The notes below the pieces were generated by a model, which saw nothing but the letters and a program-made list of their open reading frames with translations, did no database searches and had not been told where the DNA came from. A stretch of 64,000 nucleotides of DNA. Origin: a virus. Shown one piece after another: positions 50,584 through 57,636 of the stretch. Each line of letters starts with the position of its first letter. The stretch's first letter is position 1. Both the position numbers and the translations under genes were made by a program. The stretch spans positions 1-64,000 of the IMG/VR virus record IMGVR_UViG_3300037089_000251, one strand, 5' to 3'.

Positions 50584-50595
50584 CCCCTAAACTTT

Positions 50596-50805
50596 ATGAC
50601 TTTCAGACGGCTAACCGTAGAGAGTCCAGCCGGGGTAAACTATCGTGGCTTACGGCAATGGAATTGCCTGTGCAAGTGCGGTGGTCATAAGGTCGCAACA
50701 ACGACCTGCCTGCGCAGCGGCAATGTAAGGAGTTGCGGTTGCTTGGCACGGGAATCCTCGATAGCTAACCTACATAATTGGGTTTATCCCCTTTCGGTTC
50801 CTTAA
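50596..50805 (+). pseudogene. Remnant of an HNH-endonuclease N-terminal domain
   Basis: RLTV...WNCLCKCG...LRSGNVRSCGCL with no nuclease domain following. Confidence 0.6.
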
Positions 50806-50819
50806 GCAGGAGACCTATA

Positions 50820-51320
50820 ATGGCTGGCAAGGTACTGGCAATCAAGCTCGGTCCGTGGCATGAGTTCGGCGACGGCATCGTCAGCACCGGCTATCGGGTA
50901 ATCCTGTCTGTTAGCCAAGTCCGCATCGACGTGCAGACCACCACCTTCTTTGGCCAGAACCTCTTCCAGATGACCTACTCCCCGTGGGGCGTGGGCATGG
51001 TGGATGTCGGCTCGCTCAACTCTACCAGCCTCTTCATGAACTTCCTTGCCCCCTACAAGAACCGGTGCTTGGAGTGGGCGCAATTCGTCAATCCCCCTTA
51101 TAATGCAGCCTTCTACCTTGGGCGCAGCTACACCCTGATTCCCCCTCCCCCGGAGCCTCCCGAGTCCACGGGCAACATGGTTCTCGACGAGGCAAGCTAC
51201 GATGCCGCAAAGGGTTGGTGGGTGAGGTTCAAGGGGAACTTCAACATCGCCATCCCCATATTCCACGACTTCCCCAACATCTTGGACTGCACTCCCAACT
51301 TCAGCATCAAGATTAAGTAG
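50820..51320 (+). CDS. Hypothetical protein
   Basis: ATG after AGGAG; 166 aa. Confidence 0.65.
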   Translation: MAGKVLAIKLGPWHEFGDGIVSTGYRVILSVSQVRIDVQTTTFFGQNLFQMTYSPWGVGMVDVGSLNSTSLFMNFLAPYKNRCLEWAQFVNPPYNAAFYLGRSYTLIPPPPEPPESTGNMVLDEASYDAAKGWWVRFKGNFNIAIPIFHDFPNILDCTPNFSIKIK

Positions 51321-51350
51321 GTTTTACCATAAAAACCGGTATTATCCGCC

Positions 51351-51497
51351 ATGGTCATGAGTTATGGAAAAGCATTCTCCTTGGGGATGATAACGCTGTC
51401 CGTTTTGGCCAGCCTGTCGTACTTCGCCGCCAAGGACTATCGCCGGGGAGTATACTGGGCGGCATCCGCCGTCCTCATCACCTCCGTGACCTTCTAG
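51351..51497 (+). CDS. Small membrane protein (48 aa)
   Basis: MVMSYGKAFSLG...YWAASAVLITSVTF; downstream of a CGGTATTAT motif. Confidence 0.55.
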   Translation: MVMSYGKAFSLGMITLSVLASLSYFAAKDYRRGVYWAASAVLITSVTF

Positions 51498-51502
51498 GAA
51501 CG

Positions 51503-51721
51503 ATGCCTATGTGCCGGAACCCCGAGCAAGTCAAGATGGTGGACCGCCGAAAGGGTGCGATTAGGGCGGCGGTCGCCGCCTACCTCATCATCCTCATTCT
51601 CGTCATCATGGTCTCATGCTTGGTGATAGCCCTGACGGTGCAGAAGGCCAAGACCCTACAGCTTATGGTGAGACCACCCTGTTCTCTGGTCATAAAGGAG
51701 ACCCCATGCGCATATTCCTGA
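51503..51721 (+). CDS. Small single-TM protein
   Basis: Long hydrophobic stretch. Confidence 0.5.
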   Translation: MPMCRNPEQVKMVDRRKGAIRAAVAAYLIILILVIMVSCLVIALTVQKAKTLQLMVRPPCSLVIKETPCAYS

Positions 51722-52275
51722 TTTGCCCCGTCCGGTTCGCCAGCGAGGAGCAGACCCGAGCCATCGCCGACTGGGTTCGCTATCAAGAGAACGTGGAGGG
51801 AAATGCCGTCCATTGGCCTGCCCGAGATACCCGGCAAGGCCAGGACAGCCTCAAGATATGCGAGGACAACCGCTTCGCCATGGAGCACTCCGACGAGGTC
51901 CATGTCTGGTACGAGCCGACCAGCCAAGGCAGCGTGTTCGACATCGGCATGGCGTTCGTCATGCGCAAGCCGGTATTCCTCGTCAACCCCTCCGCCGTGG
52001 TGCCCACCGAGAGCAAGTCTTATAACAATCTTGTTATAATCCTCGACAAGCAGGCACGGGAGTGGAAGCAGACTATGGTAGATTTGACGAAGGTCAGCGC
52101 CGGGCAGGTGGGATTCTGCGAGTACGACGAGGACCACCGCATGCGGGTGCCGGTCAGCCGTAGGGAGTTCCAAAGGATGGTAGCGGGGATAAACCATAAC
52201 GAGTCTGAGATTGAGGGTGAGTTGGCGGGTATGCCCTATGACGAAGACCCCGCTCAGGAGGCGGCGAACCGATGA
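51706..52275 (+). CDS. Nucleoside 2-deoxyribosyltransferase-like protein
   Basis: IFLICPVR, HWPARDT, SDEVHVWY, SQGSVFDIGMAF..RKP. Confidence 0.7.
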   Translation: MRIFLICPVRFASEEQTRAIADWVRYQENVEGNAVHWPARDTRQGQDSLKICEDNRFAMEHSDEVHVWYEPTSQGSVFDIGMAFVMRKPVFLVNPSAVVPTESKSYNNLVIILDKQAREWKQTMVDLTKVSAGQVGFCEYDEDHRMRVPVSRREFQRMVAGINHNESEIEGELAGMPYDEDPAQEAANR

Positions 52276-52805
52276 AGGCATGGACGCTGAGAGAGCCTTG
52301 GGCTAGCCTCGTGGTCATCGGAGAGAAGAAGTGGGAGACCCGCTCCCGGCCGAACTGGAAGCTCGTGGGCACGAGGGTCGCCATCCATGCCGCCAAGAAG
52401 TTTGACAAGGGCCTGCTGGACGAGGACAGCGGCATCTTCAAGAATGACTTCTTCAACACCGCACTGGCCAAGTACGACATCGACCCCGACATGTTCGCCC
52501 TCGGCAGCGTCATAGGGTTCGTCCGAGTGATGTCCTGCGACAGGGTTGAGTCTATCAGGGGGTTTCTTCGCTCTGACCAGTTGGCCTTCGGGGACTGGTC
52601 TGACGGGAGGTACTGCTTCCGCCTGGTGGACCCAGAGATGATTGAGCCTGTTCCCGCCAAGGGGGCGCTGTGCGTCTGGGAATGGGACATGAAAGGCTAC
52701 TACCCCGGCAGCGACCCGCTGGCAGGATATAGGAACCTAAGGGTGCCTGCGATGGGGCTGGAACCCAGTACATCCCTCCTAGATTTGGAATACCCACACC
52801 TTTAG
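52272..52805 (+). CDS. ASCH domain protein
   Basis: MKAWTLREPWASLVVIGEKKWETRS, AIHAAK, GSVIG, PVPAKGAL. Confidence 0.88.
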   Translation: MKAWTLREPWASLVVIGEKKWETRSRPNWKLVGTRVAIHAAKKFDKGLLDEDSGIFKNDFFNTALAKYDIDPDMFALGSVIGFVRVMSCDRVESIRGFLRSDQLAFGDWSDGRYCFRLVDPEMIEPVPAKGALCVWEWDMKGYYPGSDPLAGYRNLRVPAMGLEPSTSLLDLEYPHL

Positions 52806-52820
52806 GTGAGGAGCACCGAT

Positions 52821-53813
52821 ATGGCCACACCCAGCCCGTTCAAGTCCGCCTTTCTCAAGAGCGCCGAGCCTCTTCTTTACGTCGTCAAGCGGGATGGGAA
52901 GCCCCTTACCGACCCGATGTCCCACAACGAGTGCTTCGAGTGGCTCCAGAAGGCACATCCTGCCTATTCCGTGTCCCATGCCACCCAGTACGAGGGGTTC
53001 TCCATAGACCCCGCCCAGCCCGGCGATGCCGCCGGACCCGAGGACCCGACGCTCGCCCCCAACTTCTTCAAGACCGACGACAAGGACTTCCTGAGGGAGA
53101 TGGGGATATCGTCATCGCTCAAGCGGCGTCCCGACTATGGGCTGGCCAGACCGATAGACCCCCTTGCCAAGAAGGCAGGGTTCAAGTTTGAAACCCCTGG
53201 ATTGGACAGGCAGCAGCTTACGAAGGATGTGGCCAAGTATAGGGAGCTTCTGGCAAAGACCAAGGACAACAAGGAGTCGGAAGACCTGGCATTCAAGCTC
53301 TCGCTGGCGGAAGCAAAGTTGAAGATGCTGAGCCAAAAGCAGGCTGCGGGCATATCCGCCGCCCCGAGGGACTACCCGGTCAAGAGGCAGAAGGACGGGT
53401 TCTGGTACATCATCGGCTTACAGGGAGAGGAGCTTAGCGAGAACGCCGAGGGTTCCCCCACGATAAAGACCCCGGACTCGTGGCTCAATGTCCACCAGAA
53501 CGCCAAGAACCTCGACCTTTCCGAGCAGATTTACCGGGAGCTTTATGCCGAGTTCCAGACCAACGACAACCTCAAGGACGGGGACACCTTCAGCACCCCC
53601 ATTGGCCAGTTCATATGCAAGGGGGTGGATGTCATCCCCGCCGACGATATGGCCAAGCAGGCGATAGCCGAGGTCGATGAGAGCTACCGGTGCGCTAACT
53701 GCGGGTGTGACCAAGGGATGCACCGCAAGGGCTATGACGACAACGGCTATCAAGTGTATGGCCAGTGCTCAGACCATCCCGAGTGCAAGGAATATGTACG
53801 CCGTGGTGAGTGA
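52821..53813 (+). CDS. Multi-module hypothetical protein
   Basis: 330 aa; shares the DDxxFLxxMGI motif with 46740..48848; C-terminal Cys/His cluster. Confidence 0.65.
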   Translation: MATPSPFKSAFLKSAEPLLYVVKRDGKPLTDPMSHNECFEWLQKAHPAYSVSHATQYEGFSIDPAQPGDAAGPEDPTLAPNFFKTDDKDFLREMGISSSLKRRPDYGLARPIDPLAKKAGFKFETPGLDRQQLTKDVAKYRELLAKTKDNKESEDLAFKLSLAEAKLKMLSQKQAAGISAAPRDYPVKRQKDGFWYIIGLQGEELSENAEGSPTIKTPDSWLNVHQNAKNLDLSEQIYRELYAEFQTNDNLKDGDTFSTPIGQFICKGVDVIPADDMAKQAIAEVDESYRCANCGCDQGMHRKGYDDNGYQVYGQCSDHPECKEYVRRGE

Positions 53814-53843
53814 AATTTCCCATAAAACCTAGTATTTTCTGGT

Positions 53844-54215
53844 ATGGCCAGAAAGCATTACACCCAGATGTCCGTGCCCGAGTTGGTGGAGGTGCGGAAC
53901 TATGTAAATGACCTGCGCCTGAGGACTACTCAGCCCCATTACTACAACCGGAAGCAGGAGCGGTCGTTCTCTCAGGGTCAGGTCTACGCTGCCGTCAAGA
54001 TGGGGAAGCTCATCGAGGTCCATAACGACAGGGAGCCGGATATCCGGGCGCTTTTCCGGGACGATACGGGAACTTGCGTGGTCATCGACTTGGGCAGCGG
54101 GGACATCATCACGGTCTACTACAATGACCCCGAGGACAAGCACTTCACCCTCAACAAGGGGTTGTACCGGTGGCAGGTAGACCTGTGCTCGATAGTCATC
54201 GGGCTTAGAAAGTAG
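53844..54215 (+). CDS. DUF4258-like protein
   Basis: HYYNRKQER...G.LIE...VVID...IITVY pattern. Confidence 0.55.
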   Translation: MARKHYTQMSVPELVEVRNYVNDLRLRTTQPHYYNRKQERSFSQGQVYAAVKMGKLIEVHNDREPDIRALFRDDTGTCVVIDLGSGDIITVYYNDPEDKHFTLNKGLYRWQVDLCSIVIGLRK

Positions 54216-54221
54216 GCAACC

Positions 54222-54548
54222 ATGGGAGCAAAAGCAGCAGTAGCGCCGATAGCGCCGATAGTTATGGAACAGGTCACCTACGACCGCTGGGACCCCGTCT
54301 ACGAGCTTGACATGCGGGGCAAGAAGCCCCCCATCCTTGTCTGGAAGTACGAGGATGCCCCCGAGGAGATAAAGGCGAGGATTATCGCCGAGAACTTCTG
54401 GTTCACCCCCGACTGGGTGGCGCTAAGGCCACCGCAGATAAAGAGCGGGGACATCCCCTGCATGCTGGAGGAAGGCTCCTTCCTCTTCATATCCTCGGGC
54501 ATCGTTGACCTTGAGGACGGCGGGGCCATCTTGGTGGGGAACAAGTAA
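54222..54548 (+). CDS. Hypothetical protein
   Basis: 108-aa ORF in the plus-strand run. Confidence 0.6.
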   Translation: MGAKAAVAPIAPIVMEQVTYDRWDPVYELDMRGKKPPILVWKYEDAPEEIKARIIAENFWFTPDWVALRPPQIKSGDIPCMLEEGSFLFISSGIVDLEDGGAILVGNK

Positions 54549-54680
54549 GGAATCTATGAGCATGCTTGCCGACATCCTGCTGTCTCGTATCCTTTGCCTT
54601 GGGGCAAGCATCTAATGTTGGAACTCAGTATTATCGCTTAGACTGGCTTGGCCAGAATCAAACTACATGGAATGGTTAAT

Positions 54681-55268
54681 ATGAGCACCACCTACTACAA
54701 GTCCAAACGGGCATTTGACGTATCCCTCACTCTTTTGGCGATGCTGGCTGGCCTCCCCCTTTTCCTGGTAATCGCTGCCTCCATCTGGATGACCTCCAAG
54801 GGTCCCATCATCTTCCGGCAGAAGCGGGTGGGGTGGAAGGGCAGGGATTTCATGATGTACAAGTTTCGTACCATGAGGCCCGGAACGAGCAGGCGTCTTG
54901 ACCTCGTCACCAAGAACGACCCACGGGTTACGTGGGTGGGAAGGTTCCTCCGGGCGACCCACCTGGACGAGCTTCCTCAGCTTTTCAACGTCCTCAAGGG
55001 GGACATGAGCTTGGTTGGTCCCCGCCCCGAGGAGTACAATCTGGCACAGCACCTCTCCGAGAACATCCCCGGCTATACCGAGGCTCTCGACATGATGCCG
55101 GGTCTGACGGGTCTTTCGCAGCTTTGCGGCCGGGAAAAGGTAAATGCGCTGGGACGTAGGTTCGAGGTGAGGCTCCACAGGTGGTACAGGCGCAATAGAA
55201 GCTTCGCTTATGACGCCCTTTTGGTTCTGGCCACCGTCCCGCACGTGATTTTGCGCCGGGGCGTGTAA
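54681..55268 (+). CDS. Bacterial sugar transferase (PglC/WcaJ-type phosphoglycosyl transferase domain)
   Basis: KRAFDV, YKFRTM, DPRVTWVGRFLR..LDELPQLFNVLKGDMSLVGPRPE, PGLTG; start uncertain. Confidence 0.92.
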   Translation: MSTTYYKSKRAFDVSLTLLAMLAGLPLFLVIAASIWMTSKGPIIFRQKRVGWKGRDFMMYKFRTMRPGTSRRLDLVTKNDPRVTWVGRFLRATHLDELPQLFNVLKGDMSLVGPRPEEYNLAQHLSENIPGYTEALDMMPGLTGLSQLCGREKVNALGRRFEVRLHRWYRRNRSFAYDALLVLATVPHVILRRGV

Positions 55269-55305
55269 AATAATTCCGAAAAACACGACTACCGGGAGTA
55301 TTATA
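55266..55305 (+). promoter_or_regulatory. Promoter of the right tRNA operon
   Basis: AAAAACACGACTACCGGGAGTATTATA, 26/27 identical to the left copy. Confidence 0.75.
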
Positions 55306-55457
55306 TGAGTGGAGGGAATCACGGGACACCGAGACACCCTCCATATTATAGCCCACGACTCCTACATTCCCCGGCAAGACCGTGGATGGCACCAAGGGGG
55401 GTCGGAAATTCTGAGGGGGCGGACGCCCGGCGACTGCCCCCTCTTAGAGATTGCACC

Positions 55458-55535
55458 ATGCTGATGAACGTCACCATGCCGCACACACAAACGCAGACCC
55501 AAATTAGGGCTGGCGGCGGAGCCTGCTCGGGATAA
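55458..55535 (+). CDS. Putative attenuator leader peptide, 25 aa (MLMNVTMPHTQTQTQIRAGGGACSG)
   Basis: Contains ACA CAA ACG CAG ACC CAA ATT; overlaps the antiterminator; terminator begins 24 nt after the stop. Confidence 0.78.
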   Translation: MLMNVTMPHTQTQTQIRAGGGACSG

Positions 55536-55558
55536 TAAAATCCGAGCCGAGACTCTTC

Positions 55559-55588
55559 AGCCGCCCAAAAGGCGGCTTTCGTGTTTTT
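55559..55588 (+). terminator. Intrinsic terminator (attenuator) upstream of the right tRNA operon
   Basis: AGCCGCC-CAAAA-GGCGGCT followed by TTCGTGTTTTT. Confidence 0.75.
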
Positions 55589-55754
55589 AGGGGGGTTATG
55601 GGCAGCGTGAGCTTGACCGAGGTTGACAGGAACGACCCTTGGGATGTATTCTTGGACAAGCACCTTCCCGAGAAGGAAGATACTCAGGAGGCAGGTGCTC
55701 CAAGGCGGGGCGGTATCCGCTTGGTAAAAAGCGGCGGCACCGGGATGCGGAGGC

Positions 55755-56123
55755 ATGATGGCCAAGTTCGAGCAGCATTGCTTCGATTGCAAGGCTATCC
55801 TCGGCAATAGGCATGAGGAAGTCAATCGGTGGATGGACGGGCTGTTCTGGAAGAAGGGACCCGCCCACAGGCGCTTCCGGCACCACATGCACGGGGTCAG
55901 GAAGGCACAGGAGCTTTTCGGTCCCGAGGGAGCCAAGGCAGCCATCGTCCACATCGTCAGGGACATGGGTGCGGTGCCGAGGGAGAGGGACTACGACGAG
56001 GTACCGGAGGGGGTCACGATTTTCCCCACTTTCTGTGCCCCGCCGCTAGGCTTCGACCAGCACTTTGACATGTTTCAAGAGAAGACCGAGGAAGAGATTA
56101 AGAGGATTCTGGGGGAGACGTAA
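55755..56123 (+). CDS. Hypothetical protein (DUF6915-like His-rich motif)
   Basis: H...WMD...HRRFRHH..G....FG......HI..D.G; GGAGG RBS. Confidence 0.6.
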   Translation: MMAKFEQHCFDCKAILGNRHEEVNRWMDGLFWKKGPAHRRFRHHMHGVRKAQELFGPEGAKAAIVHIVRDMGAVPRERDYDEVPEGVTIFPTFCAPPLGFDQHFDMFQEKTEEEIKRILGET

Positions 56124-56205
56124 GGGATAGACCATGGGGTTTCCGGGCAGTATTGAGCCGTGCAATGAGGCTCCATAGCCCCCTTTTCCTCCCCCATCAG
56201 GTTTT

Positions 56206-56281
56206 TGGCGGGTAGCTCATCTGGCAGAGCGCAGTCCTGATAAGACTGAGGTGATGGGTTCAACTCCCATACCGCCAACCA
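56206..56281 (+). tRNA. tRNA-Ile(GAT)
   Basis: CAGTC-CTGATAA-GACTG anticodon arm; ends ACCA; G7.A66 mismatch. Confidence 0.88.
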
Positions 56282-56285
56282 TATT

Positions 56286-56618
56286 ATGGAAAAACGGCTC
56301 CTGTTCTCGCTCACGAAGAGCGATTTCGACTTCGAGACGTTCTGTACGGGAGGCAAGGGAGGACAGCACCGCAATGCCAAGCAGAACGGGGTGCGCTGCA
56401 TCCATCCTCCGTCCGGGGCACGGGCGGAGCACCGTGACGGGCGGGACCAGTACCGTAACAAGCAGGAGGCTTTCCGCAAGTGCGTCGGGTCCCCGGAGTT
56501 CAAGGCATGGCACCGGCTGGAAGTGGCCAGAAGGCTGGGGCAGCTTGGTGACATCGAGCGCAGGGTAGATGAGATGATGCGCTCGGAGAACCTGAAGTTT
56601 GAGTTAGTGGAAGCATAG
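56286..56618 (+). CDS. GGQ-motif peptidyl-tRNA hydrolase (PrfH/ArfB-like mini release factor)
   Basis: TGGKGGQHRNAKQNGVRCIHPPSG...R.QYRNK; 110 aa, no stop-codon recognition domain. Confidence 0.88.
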   Translation: MEKRLLFSLTKSDFDFETFCTGGKGGQHRNAKQNGVRCIHPPSGARAEHRDGRDQYRNKQEAFRKCVGSPEFKAWHRLEVARRLGQLGDIERRVDEMMRSENLKFELVEA

Positions 56619-56624
56619 TTTTGT

Positions 56625-56699
56625 GGCACCGTCGTCCAGCGGCTAGGACCTCCGCCCGATTAGCGGAAGACCTCGGTTCGAGTCCGAGCGGGGCTACCA
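56625..56699 (+). tRNA. Atypical tRNA, anticodon GAT on a Glu/Gln-like body
   Basis: Cloverleaf with loop CCGATTA (C33, U37), A4.G69 mismatch, ends ACCA. Confidence 0.6.
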
Positions 56700-56702
56700 A
56701 GT

Positions 56703-56812
56703 TTGTGGGGCGGTAGGACTCCGCTTAATCGAGCGAGCCGAGGGAGTGACCCCGGCAGTGTCGTACCTTAAAGTGGCGTACACACGCAAGAATTCAATAG
56801 ACTCGCCCACAA
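56703..56812 (+). ncRNA. Unidentified ~110-nt multibranch RNA inside the tRNA array
   Basis: Closing stem TTGTGGG(G)CG/CGCCCACAA plus three internal hairpins. Confidence 0.5.
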
Positions 56813-56868
56813 GGTTTAGCTCGCCTGCCATGCGCAGGAGGAGTTGAGGTCGCCTTAGGCGTCCTTTG

Positions 56869-56944
56869 GCCGGTGTAGTTCAGTTGGCAGAACGCACGCC
56901 TCGTAAGCGTGAAGTCGCAGGTTCGATGCCTGTCACCGGCTCCA
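56869..56944 (+). tRNA. tRNA-Thr(CGT)
   Basis: Canonical cloverleaf; loop CTCGTAA; CCA. Confidence 0.95.
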
Positions 56945-56950
56945 TTTTCT

Positions 56951-57025
56951 GCTGCCGTATCACAGTGGTAGTGAGCCTGCTTGGTAAGCAGGAGGTCGCT
57001 GGTTCGAGTCCAGCCGGTAGCTCCA
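56951..57025 (+). tRNA. tRNA-Thr(GGT)
   Basis: Cloverleaf; loop TTGGTAA; CCA. Confidence 0.93.
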
Positions 57026-57031
57026 TTTTAA

Positions 57032-57106
57032 GCCTTCGTAGCTCAGTGGCAGAGCGCTTCCTTGGTAAGGAAGAGGTCGTGGGTTCGATTCCCACCTTCG
57101 GCTCCA
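57032..57106 (+). tRNA. tRNA-Thr(GGT) with a 3-nt acceptor-stem bubble
   Basis: Acceptor GCCTTCG/CTTCGGC (positions 4-6 unpaired); otherwise canonical. Confidence 0.8.
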
Positions 57107-57110
57107 TTTG

Positions 57111-57185
57111 GTCGGTGTAGCTCAGTTGCAGAGCGCCGGTCCCGTAAACCGGAGGTCGGGGGTTCAAAACCCCTCATCGGCTCCA
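57111..57185 (+). tRNA. tRNA-Thr(CGT), atypical (C33, no D-loop GG)
   Basis: CCGGT-CCCGTAA-ACCGG anticodon arm; CCA. Confidence 0.75.
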
Positions 57186-57198
57186 TCTTGAGGTTATC

Positions 57199-57408
57199 AT
57201 GTGGCGTCAGGGAAGATTTCGGAAGACGAACGATGGCCAAGCCCCACGCTTCACCTATATGATATGCTGGGTGGAGGACAGGGCAGCCCTGAAGGTCGGG
57301 AAGTTCGTTAACTTCAAGGATGTCGAGGGTCTGTGGGAGGTCACTTGGCTATCGACCATAACCAGCAAGACCCGCCCCCGTCAGACCTGGCATGTCGGGG
57401 GACTATAA
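57199..57408 (+). CDS. Small hypothetical protein within the tRNA array
   Basis: 69 aa, GAGG RBS; fills the gap between two tRNAs. Confidence 0.6.
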   Translation: MWRQGRFRKTNDGQAPRFTYMICWVEDRAALKVGKFVNFKDVEGLWEVTWLSTITSKTRPRQTWHVGGL

Positions 57409-57412
57409 GTTT

Positions 57413-57497
57413 GCTACCGTGGCTCAGCGGCGACAGCACCGGTTTTGTAAACCGGCAGAGAAATCTCACAGCGGTTCGAGTCCGCTCGGTAGCTCCA
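57413..57497 (+). tRNA. tRNA-Thr(TGT) with a long variable arm
   Basis: Loop TTTGTAA; 14-nt variable region CAGAGAAATCTCAC; CCA. Confidence 0.85.
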
Positions 57498-57553
57498 GTT
57501 TGTGGTTGCCATCTGCATGGTTTATGATGCGTCTGGCAACCAAGTAAGGTTGT

Positions 57554-57629
57554 TCCGGGGTCACTTCTAACGGTAGGAAACTGGGCTTTGAACCCAGGAA
57601 TGGGGGTTCGACTCCCTCCCCCGGAACCA
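57554..57629 (+). tRNA. tRNA-Gln(TTG)
   Basis: U1-A72; CTGGG-CTTTGAA-CCCAG; ends ACCA. Confidence 0.88.
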
Positions 57630-57636
57630 AGATTGT

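Noticed and set aside
55305-55457. N-terminal extension of the leader ORF (76-aa ORF in the track)
   Set aside because: Its ATG overlaps the -10-like TATTATA, so it would lie upstream of the expected transcription start.
57503-57542. tRNA-Gln(CTG)
   Set aside because: Contains TCTGG and ends in ACCA but is a simple 40-nt hairpin without D or T arms.
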